Shown piece after piece: positions 21,662 through 33,965 of a DNA stretch of 42,265 bases. The notes beneath the pieces were generated by a model. That model did no database searches. It was not told the DNA's origin and saw only the letters and a program-made list of their open reading frames with translations. Source of the stretch: Atractiella rhizophila (Eukaryota); the NCBI GenBank assembly GCA_021432655.1, contig MU271209.1, positions 114,352-156,616 on the forward strand, given 5' to 3'. The translations under genes and the position numbers were made by a program. Position 1 is the stretch's first letter, and each line of letters begins with the position of its first letter.

Positions 21662-24600
21662 CTACTCCTCTACATCCTCATCCTCATCCTCCGACACCTC
21701 TAGACCTGCCTCCTTCAAGCGTTTCTTATCTGCCTTCCTCTTTGTACTGAGCTCCTCCAACAAAACGAGAAGATCTTCCTCCTCTTTCTCCTTCTCCTTC
21801 GCTTCTTCAACCTTTACTTCCAACTCCTTCACCTTCTCCTCCAGATCCGCATTCTTCCCTTTTAGTTCAGCAACGAGACTTAAAGACGATTCCTCTGTCG
21901 ATGTCCTTGCCTTTTGCAAGGGTGTTGATTGAATCATTGCGAGATCAGTGGCCAACTTGGTATTGTCAGCTTCGAGCTCCTGTATGCGTCGGTTCAAAGG
22001 TTCCTTGGCCATCGCGACTTCATCATCTTTACCGTCAAGTTTCGCCTTCAGCTGTACAACCTCTTCAGATAGCCGATCTAGCTCTTTGCGTGCGAGATTG
22101 TGCTGTTCCCATTCGGCGTTGTCACCATCGTGCGGGAGAGTAAGCTCAGAGAAGTACCTCTTCCCCTCGCTCCCTCTCGTTCTCTTGGAGACGGACAATG
22201 AGCGCTTCCTTCTCCCTCATCAATTCGTTCACGGTTCCTCGCAGACTGCTGATCAGCTCCGCCGTTTCGCCTCCTCCAGCACCTGGTCCAAAATATTAGA
22301 CATGGCCCAGCTTGTCGGAGTCCTGGACGTACTTGTTCCAACAGCTTCTGGGTCAACCAGTATAGCGCGTTGTATGCTCACTGCCGTTCGATGAGCTTAT
22401 GGGTTCCCAGCTGCAACATGGAAGACGTACTGAATTCAGGCTTGATCCATTCTACAAATGCTTCATCGAACCAAATCCCTTCCGGTTCTTCCTCCTCTTC
22501 TCCTTCCGGCACTTCTTCAGCAGTTCCGAAGTTCTCCAAGAATCCGGGGGTGACGCTTCGAAACCGCGGGTCTTCACGTAGACGACTGATGAGACTCGGG
22601 AACTGTTCAGCTCCAGCACGGTTTATAATGGGCTGGAGAGTCCCCCTGTGCGATGGTTCTTGAGAATTGACATGGCCAGTAACGACTGAAAGAACATACC
22701 TTGTTAGGCCAGTGGTCAGGCGGTCAAACATGTAAACCGTGGAAAGTGCAATAGCACAGAGACCTTGCACAAGGACATCGACACCACTTGCCTGCGTGAC
22801 AGGTTGAACAAGCTAATCCAGCATGCGTCAGTCATTGTGTGTCAGATCTATGGCATAAACATACGATTTGAAGATTCGAGTCTTCCTTCAACCATTCTCC
22901 CACCGTGCCCTCGCTCTCCCACATCCAAACAATCAAGACGGTCAAGAACCCAACGATGACCCTATCCCACTCTCGCTTCAACTTCTCCTCCGTCGTCTCG
23001 TCCCTCTCCCTGAAAGCCATCATCAAGTTGCCCATGAGACCGTGAACGAGGGTCATCGGATCCTCATCCTCTTCCACCGCTTCTTCCACAATACTCCTCG
23101 CAACTTTCTTCGCCATCTCATCACCACGAATGATCTGGGAGAAAACAAGACAACCAAACAGAAGTGCGTGGGATGAGAAGATGGCAGAACGCGAATCGAC
23201 CTTGGGTAAGCTCTTGAGGACGTCCAACAGCACTCGTCCAGCTCCAGTCCCACGGTTGTCAGTCAACACAGACACCTTTCCAGCCTCGTCTCCGCTCAGT
23301 AAACTGCCCAAAACCCTCACCGCTCCCGTTCTTACTCGAAGGATGTCGAGCGGCACTTCATCTTCCCTTGCATCCGTTGCCAATAGTACCAGGGCAGTGA
23401 CGGCATTGACGGGAGAATCGTCCACAATTTGATCCTCAGAATCGGCAGAAGCGCTAACGCTTCCTCGAGGAGACGGATACTCCTGGTTAGACGTCGGATG
23501 GTGGATGTTGAGATAGCTAGAAGTGGAAGACTTCGAGCCGGGGATGGGGGTAGGAGGGGGGAGGATCGAGATGTTGTGGAAGAGCTCTTGGGAGGCGGGA
23601 GAGAAGCGTATAACATCTGAGAGCGTGTGTAGGGCTTGGGCCTTTAGGCGTGGCGGTGCGTGAGAAGAGACCCCAAGCTCAAGAAGCATCCGTGTCGTTC
23701 CACTGCTCAGAAGTGCCTTTTGGTTTGCTAGTTTCGTTTGACCAGCGCCAGTGACAAGATTGCTAGGAATTGACAATTGAGCACTCATCGGCTGAGCGGA
23801 GAAAGGACAACGCACCGAGCGATGTTCATCACCGTGCTTCCGTTCATGAGCTTTTGCTCGTTCCAGCTTTGTGAGAGAAAACCTGGGGAAGGGAAGAGCA
23901 TGAGAGCTGGGAGGTTGGGAATGCAAGACGTCTCGCGGAAGAAGTTTTGGTTGACGACTTGATACTTGACCAGTCCTTCGATGATACCCAAGCAATCTGA
24001 GACTACCAATCCGCCATCCAGCCCGCCTTCGCGATGAATGATCTCGAAGAGGTGATCGAAGGCACCTGTAGATAAATCAGGACATAGTTTCCTAAATGGA
24101 GTTATAGCTAAAATTACCTTCGAAAACAACTAGCTTGCCAATGTCACCGTTCGATTTTTCTCCTCGACAAAGCCCAAGAAGGATGAGTAGTGCTTCATTC
24201 CTTAAGATCTCTTTTCCATCCTTCAAAGGCGCCAGGAGAGCAGGTACGCTATGCGGGCTGAGGAGCAGCAGCTGTTGAAAGACCACGGGTCGATTGCTGA
24301 GAAGGGTGCCCAAGAATTGGAGTGTGAAGAATCTGGTATAAAAGTTCGCGCTTGGGAGGTATTGTTGTAAGAGGCTATGCAATGGTTCCGGGGTGGCGAG
24401 AAAGAAATCGGTATTCGAAAATCCAACGTCCGCCTTATTCACCACCCCCTTTTCCTTCGCATCGTCCACTTCAAAGCACATTTAAAGTTTCTAACAATGC
24501 CTTCCCAAATTCGACGTCGCTCGCATCCTCCTTCCCTGGACCTTCCTCCGTCCCCTTCAAAAGCTCGACGAGATACGCGAAAGAAGTAGTGGAGACGGCA

Positions 24601-24779
24601 TCCTTCCAATCCCTTCCTAGGCCTTTGAGGGCGAGCAGAGAAGACTTTCGATCCTCGAGCGTGGCACCTTCCCGTAAGCGTCTGGAGAGGGTTAGGATAG
24701 TATTCGAAGGAGAAGCAGCAGTGGGCGGCGCTATTGAGCGCAGACCCTGTGAAACGGAGGAGGTGAAGGAAGAGAACAT
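21662..24779 (-). CDS. USO1: Uso1/p115 ER-Golgi vesicle tether (apparent 2-nt deletion near 24472)
   Basis: ATLEDRKSSLLALKG, FYTRFFTLQFL, EILRNEALLIL, LVVFEGAFDHLFEIIHREGGLDGGLVVSDCL, NQNFFRET, VQGLCAIAL; C-terminal coiled coil ending EDLLVLLEELSTKRKADKKRLKEAGLEVSEDEDE. Confidence 0.93.
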
Positions 24780-25143
24780 TGTCAAGGTGGTTGTTGGGCA
24801 AGGCCAAGCAATGGAGTCGGGGATGTTACTGCGAAATCGGTGCAAGCACTCCATACATGAAAGTACAAGATCACATGACACGTCACAGAGCAGTCCTCAC
24901 AGTGCTCTTCAGCTCTTCAGCTCAAGTCTTTTCTTCCCACCAAAGAGAAAAGGACCTTTGCTGATATGTGCCATAACTCTGGCCATAGCCGTGGTTGCAG
25001 TTGGTGATCATACGAGGTGGGAAAATTACCAGAGAGATGGTGTTGCAATCATGAATTCTTTTCCGACATGTGGCAGCGTCAGAGGCATCTACTCCCTAAA
25101 GCACATGTCATTCTCAAATATATCGACAATAAGCCCATAAGCA

Positions 25144-27119
25144 TTAGTTAGGCGGTGCTGGGTTTCTGGCGGCAAGAGTTCGCTCGGCATAGAGCTGTAT
25201 CAAGGCCCACGCCTTATCTACATGTTCCTCTCTGGTCGAAGGCCCTCCAACTGCGAGTCGAATGCAATAGACGCCATTGATGATCGTCGAGGAAATCATA
25301 ATGTCTCTGTCTTGCTCAATCGCGGCGTAGAACTTCTTATTCAGCGTATTGAGTCCCTCGTCGTTCATATTGGGATCGATCAAGCGGAAGACGACGAGGC
25401 CCCAGCGACGGGGAGTGAAGAGAGAGAAAGAAGAGGAGGAACGAATGTACGACTCGAACCGGGAGGCTAGATCGCAATGTCGACGCAGGTGCGCTTGAAA
25501 GCCAGATATTCCCTAGTCCAAAATGTCATGTTCGAACTCGGAAAATGGAGGAATGAGGCAAATACTGACGTAGGAACGAAGGATGAATAGAATCTTCAGA
25601 CTCCTAAATCTTCTCCCTATCAGTGCACATCTTTCAATTACTCCAATGCCTTGTGGAGGACGCAAGGGAGACAATACCAAGGCCCAGATTCCAGTTCCGA
25701 TAATCAATAACAGTGCCCTGATCCCCTACCGCACTCCTCAAATAAGGCGGCGTGATACTGAGCGCGTCAGTCAGCATTTTCCTCTCCCTGATCCACAGAC
25801 ACGTGGCTTCCAAAGCGATGAGGCCAGCTTTGTGCACGTTGGTGCTGAACGAGTGGACCTGTCCTGCAGCAGCCCCGTCTCCCTCCACGAAGGCGTTGAT
25901 CTCCTCCAGCCTTGCTTCGACGCGGTTTTCGGGACAGGCGAGATAGACTCCACCCCACGCTGAATCGACATGGACGAAGAGGGATGGGTAATCTCTAGCT
26001 GAGTTCCATCAGCACATACACATACACAGGCCATGTTAACGATGGCTATGGTGAGGAAAAAGATGAGGACTGACAGACAGCTACAATTTCAGAGACGAAG
26101 TCGATAGACCCTGCATTCGTGGCTCCTACCGTGACGACTGCATGCCATGATCATCTCCATTTTTACTAATGCAGCAGATAGCTTACCGACGAGAAAGGGG
26201 ACCAAGCCGTTCGCTACGTCCTCCTCCACCGCCCTTCTCAACGTCTCTCCTCTCAATCCCAAACCATCCTCCATCTCCACCTTCAAAGCTCTATATTTGA
26301 CTCCGAAAATAATAGCTGTTTTCTTTCCCCCGCTGTGTGTCTCGGTTGAGCCATACATCACCAGCTTGCTCCTGATTTCGTCCGGCTCTCGACGAAGTGA
26401 TGGTCCGAGGGAAGGCGAGGAGTAGTAGGAGAAAGCTCGCTCTCGTGCGGCCACAGTGATCACAAGCAGAGCCTCGGAGGCGCTTCCTTGGATGACTCCC
26501 CCTGCGTTCGGAGGTAGAGAGGAAGGAAGGGGAGAGACCCAGCAGTTTAGCGATCCAGTCAACCATCACCACTTCCAGCTCAGCTGCAAATGAGTGGTCA
26601 ATGTGCTTGCCAATGAGACACTGAGGACGCACTGCACGCTGGTGATGCTACCCACTAGCAATATGTAAGCTTCGTGGTAACGTCAGAGGAAGGCAAGACG
26701 CGAACACTAAAACCCGGATTCGAGACAGCTCCAGCGAACATGTCAGCAACGATGGACTCGAAAGAGGAATTCGCTGGGAAAAAAGCAAAAAAGCCGGGAT
26801 GTTGCCAGTGCGTTATGCTATATCATCCATCCATCAAAAGGCACGATCAGCTAACGATGTCAAACTGCTCATGGCTGCAATTTCAAAGAGGGAGGGGGTT
26901 ATCATGAAATTTACCATACCCGGGAAGGACGACCCTCTCAAAGTCTTTCACGACTTCCTCGAACGGAGCACAATCCTGTGGCGGCTCATTCGGGAGAAGG
27001 TCCTTGATGTATCCAGGCTGGGCTGTGGACTGAACCGCCTGGGATGGAAGGGAGGTGTAGTATTCGCATATTTGGTCAACGGCTGCATATGCATTGCGAC
27101 GGAAGGCTTCGATGTCCAT
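25144..27119 (-). CDS. PLP-dependent aromatic L-amino acid decarboxylase, copy 2 (2-nt deletion at about 26503: pseudogene or assembly error)
   Basis: Same exon structure and motifs as copy 1 (MDIEAFRRNAY, STNVHK, ITPPYLR, WNLGLGRRFRSLK). The frame breaks at SER|GGVIQG. Confidence 0.88.
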
Positions 27120-27250
27120 GTTTGAGTGATAGCTCGCGATTGATTCTCGCTCTTGTAAGCCAGCTGATGCATGGAGGATAGCTACGCATAATCTTGCCAT
27201 ACGACTGCTTCCCCATATTTCACGCTTTTTTGTTCCACGAAATGAAGAAG

Positions 27251-27433
27251 NNNNNNNNNNNNNNNNNNNNNNNNNNNNNNNNNNNNNNNNNNNNNNNNNN
27301 NNNNNNNNNNNNNNNNNNNNNNNNNNNNNNNNNNNNNNNNNNNNNNNNNNNNNNNNNNNNNNNNNNNNNNNNNNNNNNNNNNNNNNNNNNNNNNNNNNNN
27401 NNNNNNNNNNNNNNNNNNNNNNNNNNNNNNNNN
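27251..27433. other. assembly gap (N-run)
   Basis: Run of n next to the degenerate repeat-like region. Confidence 0.99.
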
Positions 27434-28320
27434 GAAGGTCAGAGTAGGGAAGTGGTATAGGAGGAGCGAGAGGTGAGTTCGAGGGAACTGCAAGGAGTAG
27501 TTCGCACCTTTTGGCCCGTGTACCTGCGTAAGGGAGGGTAGCTCGCCCTCCTAATAGCCTGACTAGCTTCCAGGGATACCTCCTTATGGATTAGTTTATG
27601 AGCCCTTTCTCTCTCGCAACTAGTAACGACCTCCATCACCCTAGAGCAAACGGGAGCGGCGAGCCTCGATGAAAGTTCCTTTTCTCTTCTGCCATACCCA
27701 TGCCGCCCTCCACGTCCGCGAATGGCCTCTCCTCCTCTTCCCTTATCTCTAAACCTTATGTTTTCTTTTCCCTTCTGGACTACAACCTCGGAACCAGTCT
27801 CTCACCCACTGCCTTGACCCACGTGGCACACGCGCATGCCACCCTCCTACAGCCTGAACACTTACGCCCTTCCTTACACCCTACCCACTACACCTACCCT
27901 CGACACTTCCTCTATTGATATTGCTTCTCTTCCAGAGCAGAAGCCACCTTCCTGGCCTCCTCTAGCGCTTTAAGCTTTTCCTCTTTCTCGTCTTTGTGCG
28001 CATAGGAGGGCTGGGTTGTGGCCTGCCGCTACTGTTTTTTCTTTAGTTCAGTACAACAACGCGACCGTGCAGGCAACTCCGAAATGGCCAGGTTCTAGGG
28101 CACGGGTATGGTTGCCCTCCTCACCGTCAATAGCACACACCTGGCCTACCCTACCACTTCCTACACTCCTTACGTCACCGCAGCAACCCTACCTCCCTTA
28201 CCTCCTCCCACCCTCCACAACACCACGTACGACTCTCGAAATCACAAACTACTTAAGCTGCAACCTAACTACACTACCTTTGACAAAATACAACATACTT
28301 GAGCATATCTCTTCGACCTA
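27434..28320 (-). pseudogene. degenerate intronless ORF, possible transposon relic, with Cys cluster and multiple in-frame TAG stops
   Basis: One minus-strand frame reads ...KLKALEEARKVASALEEKQYQ*RKCRG*V*WVGCKEGRKCSGCRRVACACATW...RL*SRGKE...RGRGGRHG...KLIHKEVSLEASQAIRR. It abuts a gap and looks TpA-rich by eye. Confidence 0.4.
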
Positions 28321-28853
28321 GCGTTCTCTCTATAAATGCTGGAGGATCAAGGCAATGAACCTTTTCTCAATCCTAGCGTCAATACTCCTCCTAAGCAAAC
28401 GCGGCAGAACGCGGAAATGAAAGAAGGGTGTTACTTTACTCTCCTTCTCCAACACGACCGCAGGTTCAACAACAACGGACGGTCACGGTCACCTATCGTT
28501 CAGAATTAGGTACGTCTCGTATAGACGCAAGCGCTCTTTCTTCTAGACGAGCGAAAAAGGAGGGATTGCCCTTACTTTAGGAACCGTGTCAAGGTATCAT
28601 TTGGTGTTGAAGCTCACCAATGTGTAACGACAGTCGATAGAGCTCTGCAATCCCTTCGAAGAGTCTAGGGACACTGCAAGATTTCCTCAAATGAGACTAA
28701 ACATAGACATGACCCGTGGGATGAGATTGGATCTTACCTCCACTACCGGTGCAACTATCCCCTACGATGATGCTAGAAAGACGCTGATGTTAGTCGGGTA
28801 ACGACCTGTCCTGGGTCAATAAGTTACTGTTGAACTTAGCCACCGCAGATTTG

Positions 28854-30112
28854 CTATTTCGCGATATATCGTCTCTCCCCTTGGACGTGATAGTGGTAGT
28901 TTCCCGGTCTTTCTAGTAGTGGGAGTGTGAGGGACCTTAGGGAGGCGTAGATGCCTTGTCTTTGTCCCTGAGGAAGGGAAGCAGGAGAGAAGAAGAGCCT
29001 CAGGACGACGAATTGACCAGGTCGCCATCCTTTGTTCACATCCACTCCCTGCAATCTCACCGTCGTTCCTTCTCCTTCTCCCTCTTTCGATATGGCCGAA
29101 GAAGCGGAGGCGGAGCTAATGTCGAACTCTACCACCCTGACCTTTGCCAATTTCATGACCGCGTCCAAAGCAAAGGGTAAGACGACTCCCCATCCGATCC
29201 ACTTGTGAGAGTACGGGGTATGCATAGCGATAGCGATGATAAAGCCAACAAATCCAAGGATATGACAGAATCCGAACACGGCGTAATTCCACTTCCTCAC
29301 CGGTACGGCGCTCGTGAGCGCGATAAAGCAGAGGAAGCTCAAGGCCAACAATCCCTTCTTGATCTTCGGTCCAGTAGTCGGGTCAGAAGGCGAATGAGTG
29401 GGATGTGAGAGCCAGGCTGCTCCGTGAGATATGACGATGATGAGGAGAAGACGACCGATGTAGCGATGAAGGTAGTTCAAGGCTGTATACGGTAATGGGA
29501 CGGCGAGATGGAGTGGGGAGGAGTGGAGGGCGAGTAGAAGGATGGGGGAGAGAAGTGAGAGGGAGATAAAGCCTAGTCGATTCGGGTTCGATGAGAGGAC
29601 GTTTCCTTCTAGTATGACAAGTAGGAGGAGGGGTGCGATCAGTGCAAGGAGCAGGTATTGTCCTAATGTCAGGCGGAGGAAGGCGATTGGCGTGAACCCG
29701 AATGGTTTGAGGAGGAAGGGAATAGGACTGAGACTGACTGAAAATCGAGTTGCAGTCTCTGGTTTTGGGGACAAGGCGTTTTGAGACGAGGGAGAGAGCG
29801 AAGAATAATCCCTCCATTCCTCGCGCACTCCTAACAACGAGTCCATCTCCATCTTCAGGCCTTCCCTGCCTTTCTTCAATCTCGAGATATATTCTGGAAG
29901 CGTCCGCCATAGAAAGTATACCCCTACGGCGCCAGTCCATGATATCGTGAAGTAACGTGCGTATTTGGGATCCGTCACATAGGAATTGTAGATATTCCAT
30001 CCGCCTGTAACCCGTTGATCAGTCAAGCGAACTCAATCAATGTACAACTTCACTACTCAGAAACTGGCAAAAAAGACGCACCTTCAGGCACAGGAGCACC
30101 CGCCAAACTCAT
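28854..30112 (-). CDS. ferric/cupric reductase (FRE family) transmembrane domain, C-terminally truncated
   Basis: YNSYVTDPKY, NPNRLGF, four heme-ligand His (NYLHRYIG, ISHGA, FCHIL, AMHTP) and GWRPGQFVVLR. It ends after LPLLE with no HPFT, GGxG or CGP motif. Probable first exon MSLAGAPVP at 30112; the junction phase is unclear. Confidence 0.8.
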
Positions 30113-30634
30113 GTTTCCTACTTTTTCTAGCAAAACCGACAAAGATGAAATATCCCAGTTGGTGGTGGTCGTCGAGCGGCGGAGATTAACCGGATCGTTT
30201 GACCTCGACACCGGAAGGGGAAGCGCTTCGAAAAAGGCAACGCAAATGGGGAAACGAAGGAGACCCCCTCCTTTTATGTCCTCCAGCACAGAAAGAGAGG
30301 ACTCCGCAGTGGACTAAATGTGAAGGGGATTATCAATCTTCGTTTCCATCCCATCTCCATCGTCAGTCCACCCCGTCAGTTGCGTGCTTCGCGACAGGTC
30401 TTCCATTCTGGATAAGGAGTAGTTGCACCGTTTGTAGTGGCGCCTACAGGGAAAAAATGGGGCCAACGCCTAACAAAAACCAAAAAGAAGAACAAAAAAA
30501 AAAGCCCCCGAACCGGTTGGGCCAAAAACCTAATAAGTTATAAACTTCTTGCCACATAAATCAAAGTTCGGACAGTTTTCATAGTTCGTGATTGGCACAT
30601 TTCTCACTTAATGTTTCCCACAAAATCGTTCGCC

Positions 30635-32806
30635 ATGGAGTTGCGCTTGTTATTGATATGGCTATCCCTGTTTGGCACAAAGGCTGTACTCGGGCAGGAG
30701 GAAGGGGAACATCACGACGAAGTAGAGCATGAAGATATGGCTGGAATAGGAGGACATCAGCACGCTACTGAGATAGATTGGTCGCAGGCAAGTACACTCT
30801 GTTTCCTCAGCAATGAGAGTAATGGGATTTGGTGTAGCCGCTGGATAATCTGATTTATCTGTATGCTCCTCTCCTTCCCCTTTAGCGTGTAAATGCTCAA
30901 GGTTACTGTGAAAGCCACTTTGTCTTCCAAGCAACTGTTTGGGGTGTTATCTACCCACTCGGTACCTCTTCCTTTCTCTGCTTCCTCGACCACAACAAAA
31001 CTCATGTCATTTATTCGTTCATAGGTCTCGTATTTGGACTTGCACGCTCACGCTTCCATGTCCCTTTCCAAGGTCTCTCTCCTTTCCGCTCCCGGCGATC
31101 GCTTTTACTGACCCGAGTGACTGCCGAGGATAGTGACAGGCACAGGTAACTTCTCTCCCTTCCTCCGTCCCCTCCTTCTTTCGCATGTGCTGATCCTGTC
31201 CTCCGTATGACGCACAGTCTTAACACTAGCAGGTTACTTCTTCGGCGTCAACCACGGCGGTCGTCAATTCCCCGAAACATTCCACCACAATTTCGGAGTG
31301 ACTGTTTTCACCCTCCTCAGCTGTCAAGTTGCACTGGGGGTGTACTTGAAAGCTCATGTGCATGAGGGCACTCGTTTGAGGAGGGGAGCGGTGATGATTC
31401 ATGGTGTGATCGGGAAGGCATTCCCTGTACTGGGATGGACTCAAGGTGTACGTGTTTGAGATTAGTTATGAAGTTGTAAGGAGGCACTGAGGGTTGGGTT
31501 TATGAAACAGCTGCTCGGATATGTGAGTTTGATGGGTTTCTGCAGAGGCGGACACTTGGGTCAATGTCCGTCTTCCTCTTTCCTGCATCCCGTTCTCCCA
31601 ACTAACGATTGCTGCTCAGGTCTAGCACACTGTTCGTCTCCACTTCGCTATTTCCTAAATAAACATATCTAACTTCTGCGGAATGAAGACATCATGGGCT
31701 CTTCATTCATCGCCTACGGCATCATCCTCTCCATCATGCTCTACTTCGGCGCAGCTTGGCTGGAGAGAAAGAATATCAGTCAAGAGTATCTTGACTCTTG
31801 GGTCATCTGTGTTTGGGGTATCGTGAACACATTCACCGAGCACGATTTCCTAGAGAAGAGCGGGGGATGGAGCGTCAAGGTTTGTTCTTTTCTTACCCCA
31901 CCTCCATTTTCACATGCTTGTCCAATTGTATTTTAAACTGACATTGAAGTCTGGGAGTAGGATATGCAACACTCATCAATGGGCGTTATCTGGTGGGCTG
32001 GCGGAGCGTTAGGTATCTTCTTGGGAAGGAACCGAAAACGGAACTTTGTCCCTTCTGCAATCCTCATACTCACAGGTTGGGCGATGAGCTCACATGCACA
32101 GGCAATGATGTTGAGTACCGAGGTGCATAAGGCTTTTGGAGAGTATGTCTCTCTTCTTCTGACCGATTGCAGTAAACTGCAAGCTGATGCGTGTTGCCGT
32201 TAAGGGCATTGATGGGTGCGGGTCTCGCAAGACTGATAGAGATCTGCTTCGTCCTTAAAGGAAAACACTCCCTGCACGAACTTGACCCATCAGTGGACGA
32301 AGGAGCTATCCACCCATGGCAACATCTTCCTCCATTCCTCCTCATCTGTTCCGGGTTCGTCCTGCTCTCACATTTCCCTTCTAAACCACGATTGAAGAGA
32401 ACCTCGGTGCAGGTTGACATTCATGTCCGCAACGGACGAGGAGTTGCATTTCTTGATGGATCTCGGAATGGATCACGTCACTTACATTCTCCTCCTCCTC
32501 TCCGGGGCTTTCGTCATCTACCTCTGGACGCTCCTTCTCATCAAAACATACATCATCTGTACCTCTCCCTCATCTTCCGAAACTTCCACCTCGAGCAATC
32601 CCCTCTCGTTCCTGTGGCGAAGGAACAACAGTAATAGGTATAAATACGAAGCGGTGCCTGATGCGCCTGGAGAAAGGCTAGGACGGAGGGAAGGAAGGGT
32701 TAGGTTGGATGATTTGGATAGTGTGGAGCTGCAGAGGACAAATGTGGATCGGGAGAGCCCGAATCATGTCCTTTTCGATGAGCGAGATGAGAGAGAGTTT
32801 GACTGA
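30635..32806 (+). CDS. YTP1: Ytp1/DUF2427-like multi-pass membrane protein
   Basis: Signal peptide and His/Glu-rich N-terminus; MGSSFIAYG, SQEYLDSWVICVWGIVNTFTEH, DMQHSSMGVIWWAGG, TGWAMSSHAQ, STEVHKAFG, QHLPPFLL, FMSATDEE. Confidence 0.85.
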
Positions 32807-33943
32807 AAGGTGCCGTAAACCAAAAAGGAGATTATTGGAACCAGTTCAGGAGGGTCGCTATATCTCGTTAGATTGTATTCAGTTATTCACAAATCCAATA
32901 TACCAGTTAATGTACACTCATCGCTGTCCGAAAACCACACGGCACAAGCTCAGACAAGAGTTGGGAAATGTAGACGTTTTGAAATTTCAGCCTACACATG
33001 GTGATAGAGAGCTGAAATGGTTCTGGCGTATTGGAGGTGGTAAAGAGTAACAGGGATTTCGTAGTGCTCGGTGCGAGAGCAGATCGCAAACTGCTGTCAT
33101 GACGTCCTCCGCTTGACGTTGAGACCAAATGCCTCTGGCAATGTTTGCATCTAGGCAGATGTTAAACCCGACTCCGCTTCAGCAGCCTTTTGGAGGCAGG
33201 CTTTCAAGAGAGAACAGTATACATGTTGCGGTCGTGCAGATTCTTGCGGACGAAGATCAAGGAGGATGTTTGTGAACCTTGACGAGGGATAAACACAAGT
33301 GCGGAACAGCCTAAAATTGCCTGTTCTCATGGTGGTTTGGACGATGCTGCTCAGGACGAACTGAATGATTGGAGTATTTTGCCCCAATAGCTGGTTGTCG
33401 AAACTCCATCAAGAGATGTGAAAACTCATCCAACCCACTGCCGCTTTCGCTGACCCTCAAACGATGGTATTCTGCCATTCTGCCCACGACTTCACCAGCG
33501 GATTTGGACCCAGAGTGTGAAGTCGCAAGTCCGCTTCTCGAGAAACGACTGAGTAACACACCACGGTTCAGGTACATGTAGACGCTAACTGCGAAAAGGC
33601 ACACTGTGTGATAAAATGGTCCTCTAACGCACAGGTAAGTTGGAGGCGAGATAATCTTATATCAATCAAATCAATCAACTTTAGATCGAGACGTGAAAGC
33701 ACGGCACCCCCAGTTCGCATCATGAGAAAGGCACAGGATGCGAAGTGCTAAGAACTTCAACAAGGGTCGAAATAAAGAGCATAAATATATTGTAGCCTTA
33801 TCTTTGCTTTGCCTTTGGGAAAGCGACGTATCCAAAGGACAACGCACCTCCTTTGCACTAGAGAGACGCTGTCCGCAAATAAATAGACCTATTCCTCAGA
33901 CCCAAGGACGGGAGACATATGATCTTATCAGCCTGTTGAATTA

Positions 33944-33965
33944 CTGAGATCCTGAGATCCTGAGA
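33944..33965. repeat. short tandem repeat, about 3 x CTGAGAT(C)
   Basis: ctgagatcctgagatcctgaga upstream of the RRM gene. Confidence 0.5.

Noticed and set aside
24352..25140. 262-aa + strand ORF
   Set aside because: Antisense shadow of USO1 exon 1 and its promoter; no motif.
19045..27119. Psilocybin-like or other tryptamine biosynthetic gene cluster
   Set aside because: PsiD is a PLP-independent enzyme of a different family. No kinase, small-molecule methyltransferase, P450, NRPS or PKS is visible nearby; the neighbours are housekeeping genes.
32900..33620. Possible small spliced gene on the minus strand
   Set aside because: One plausible intron, but no clear start, end or homology; not supportable.
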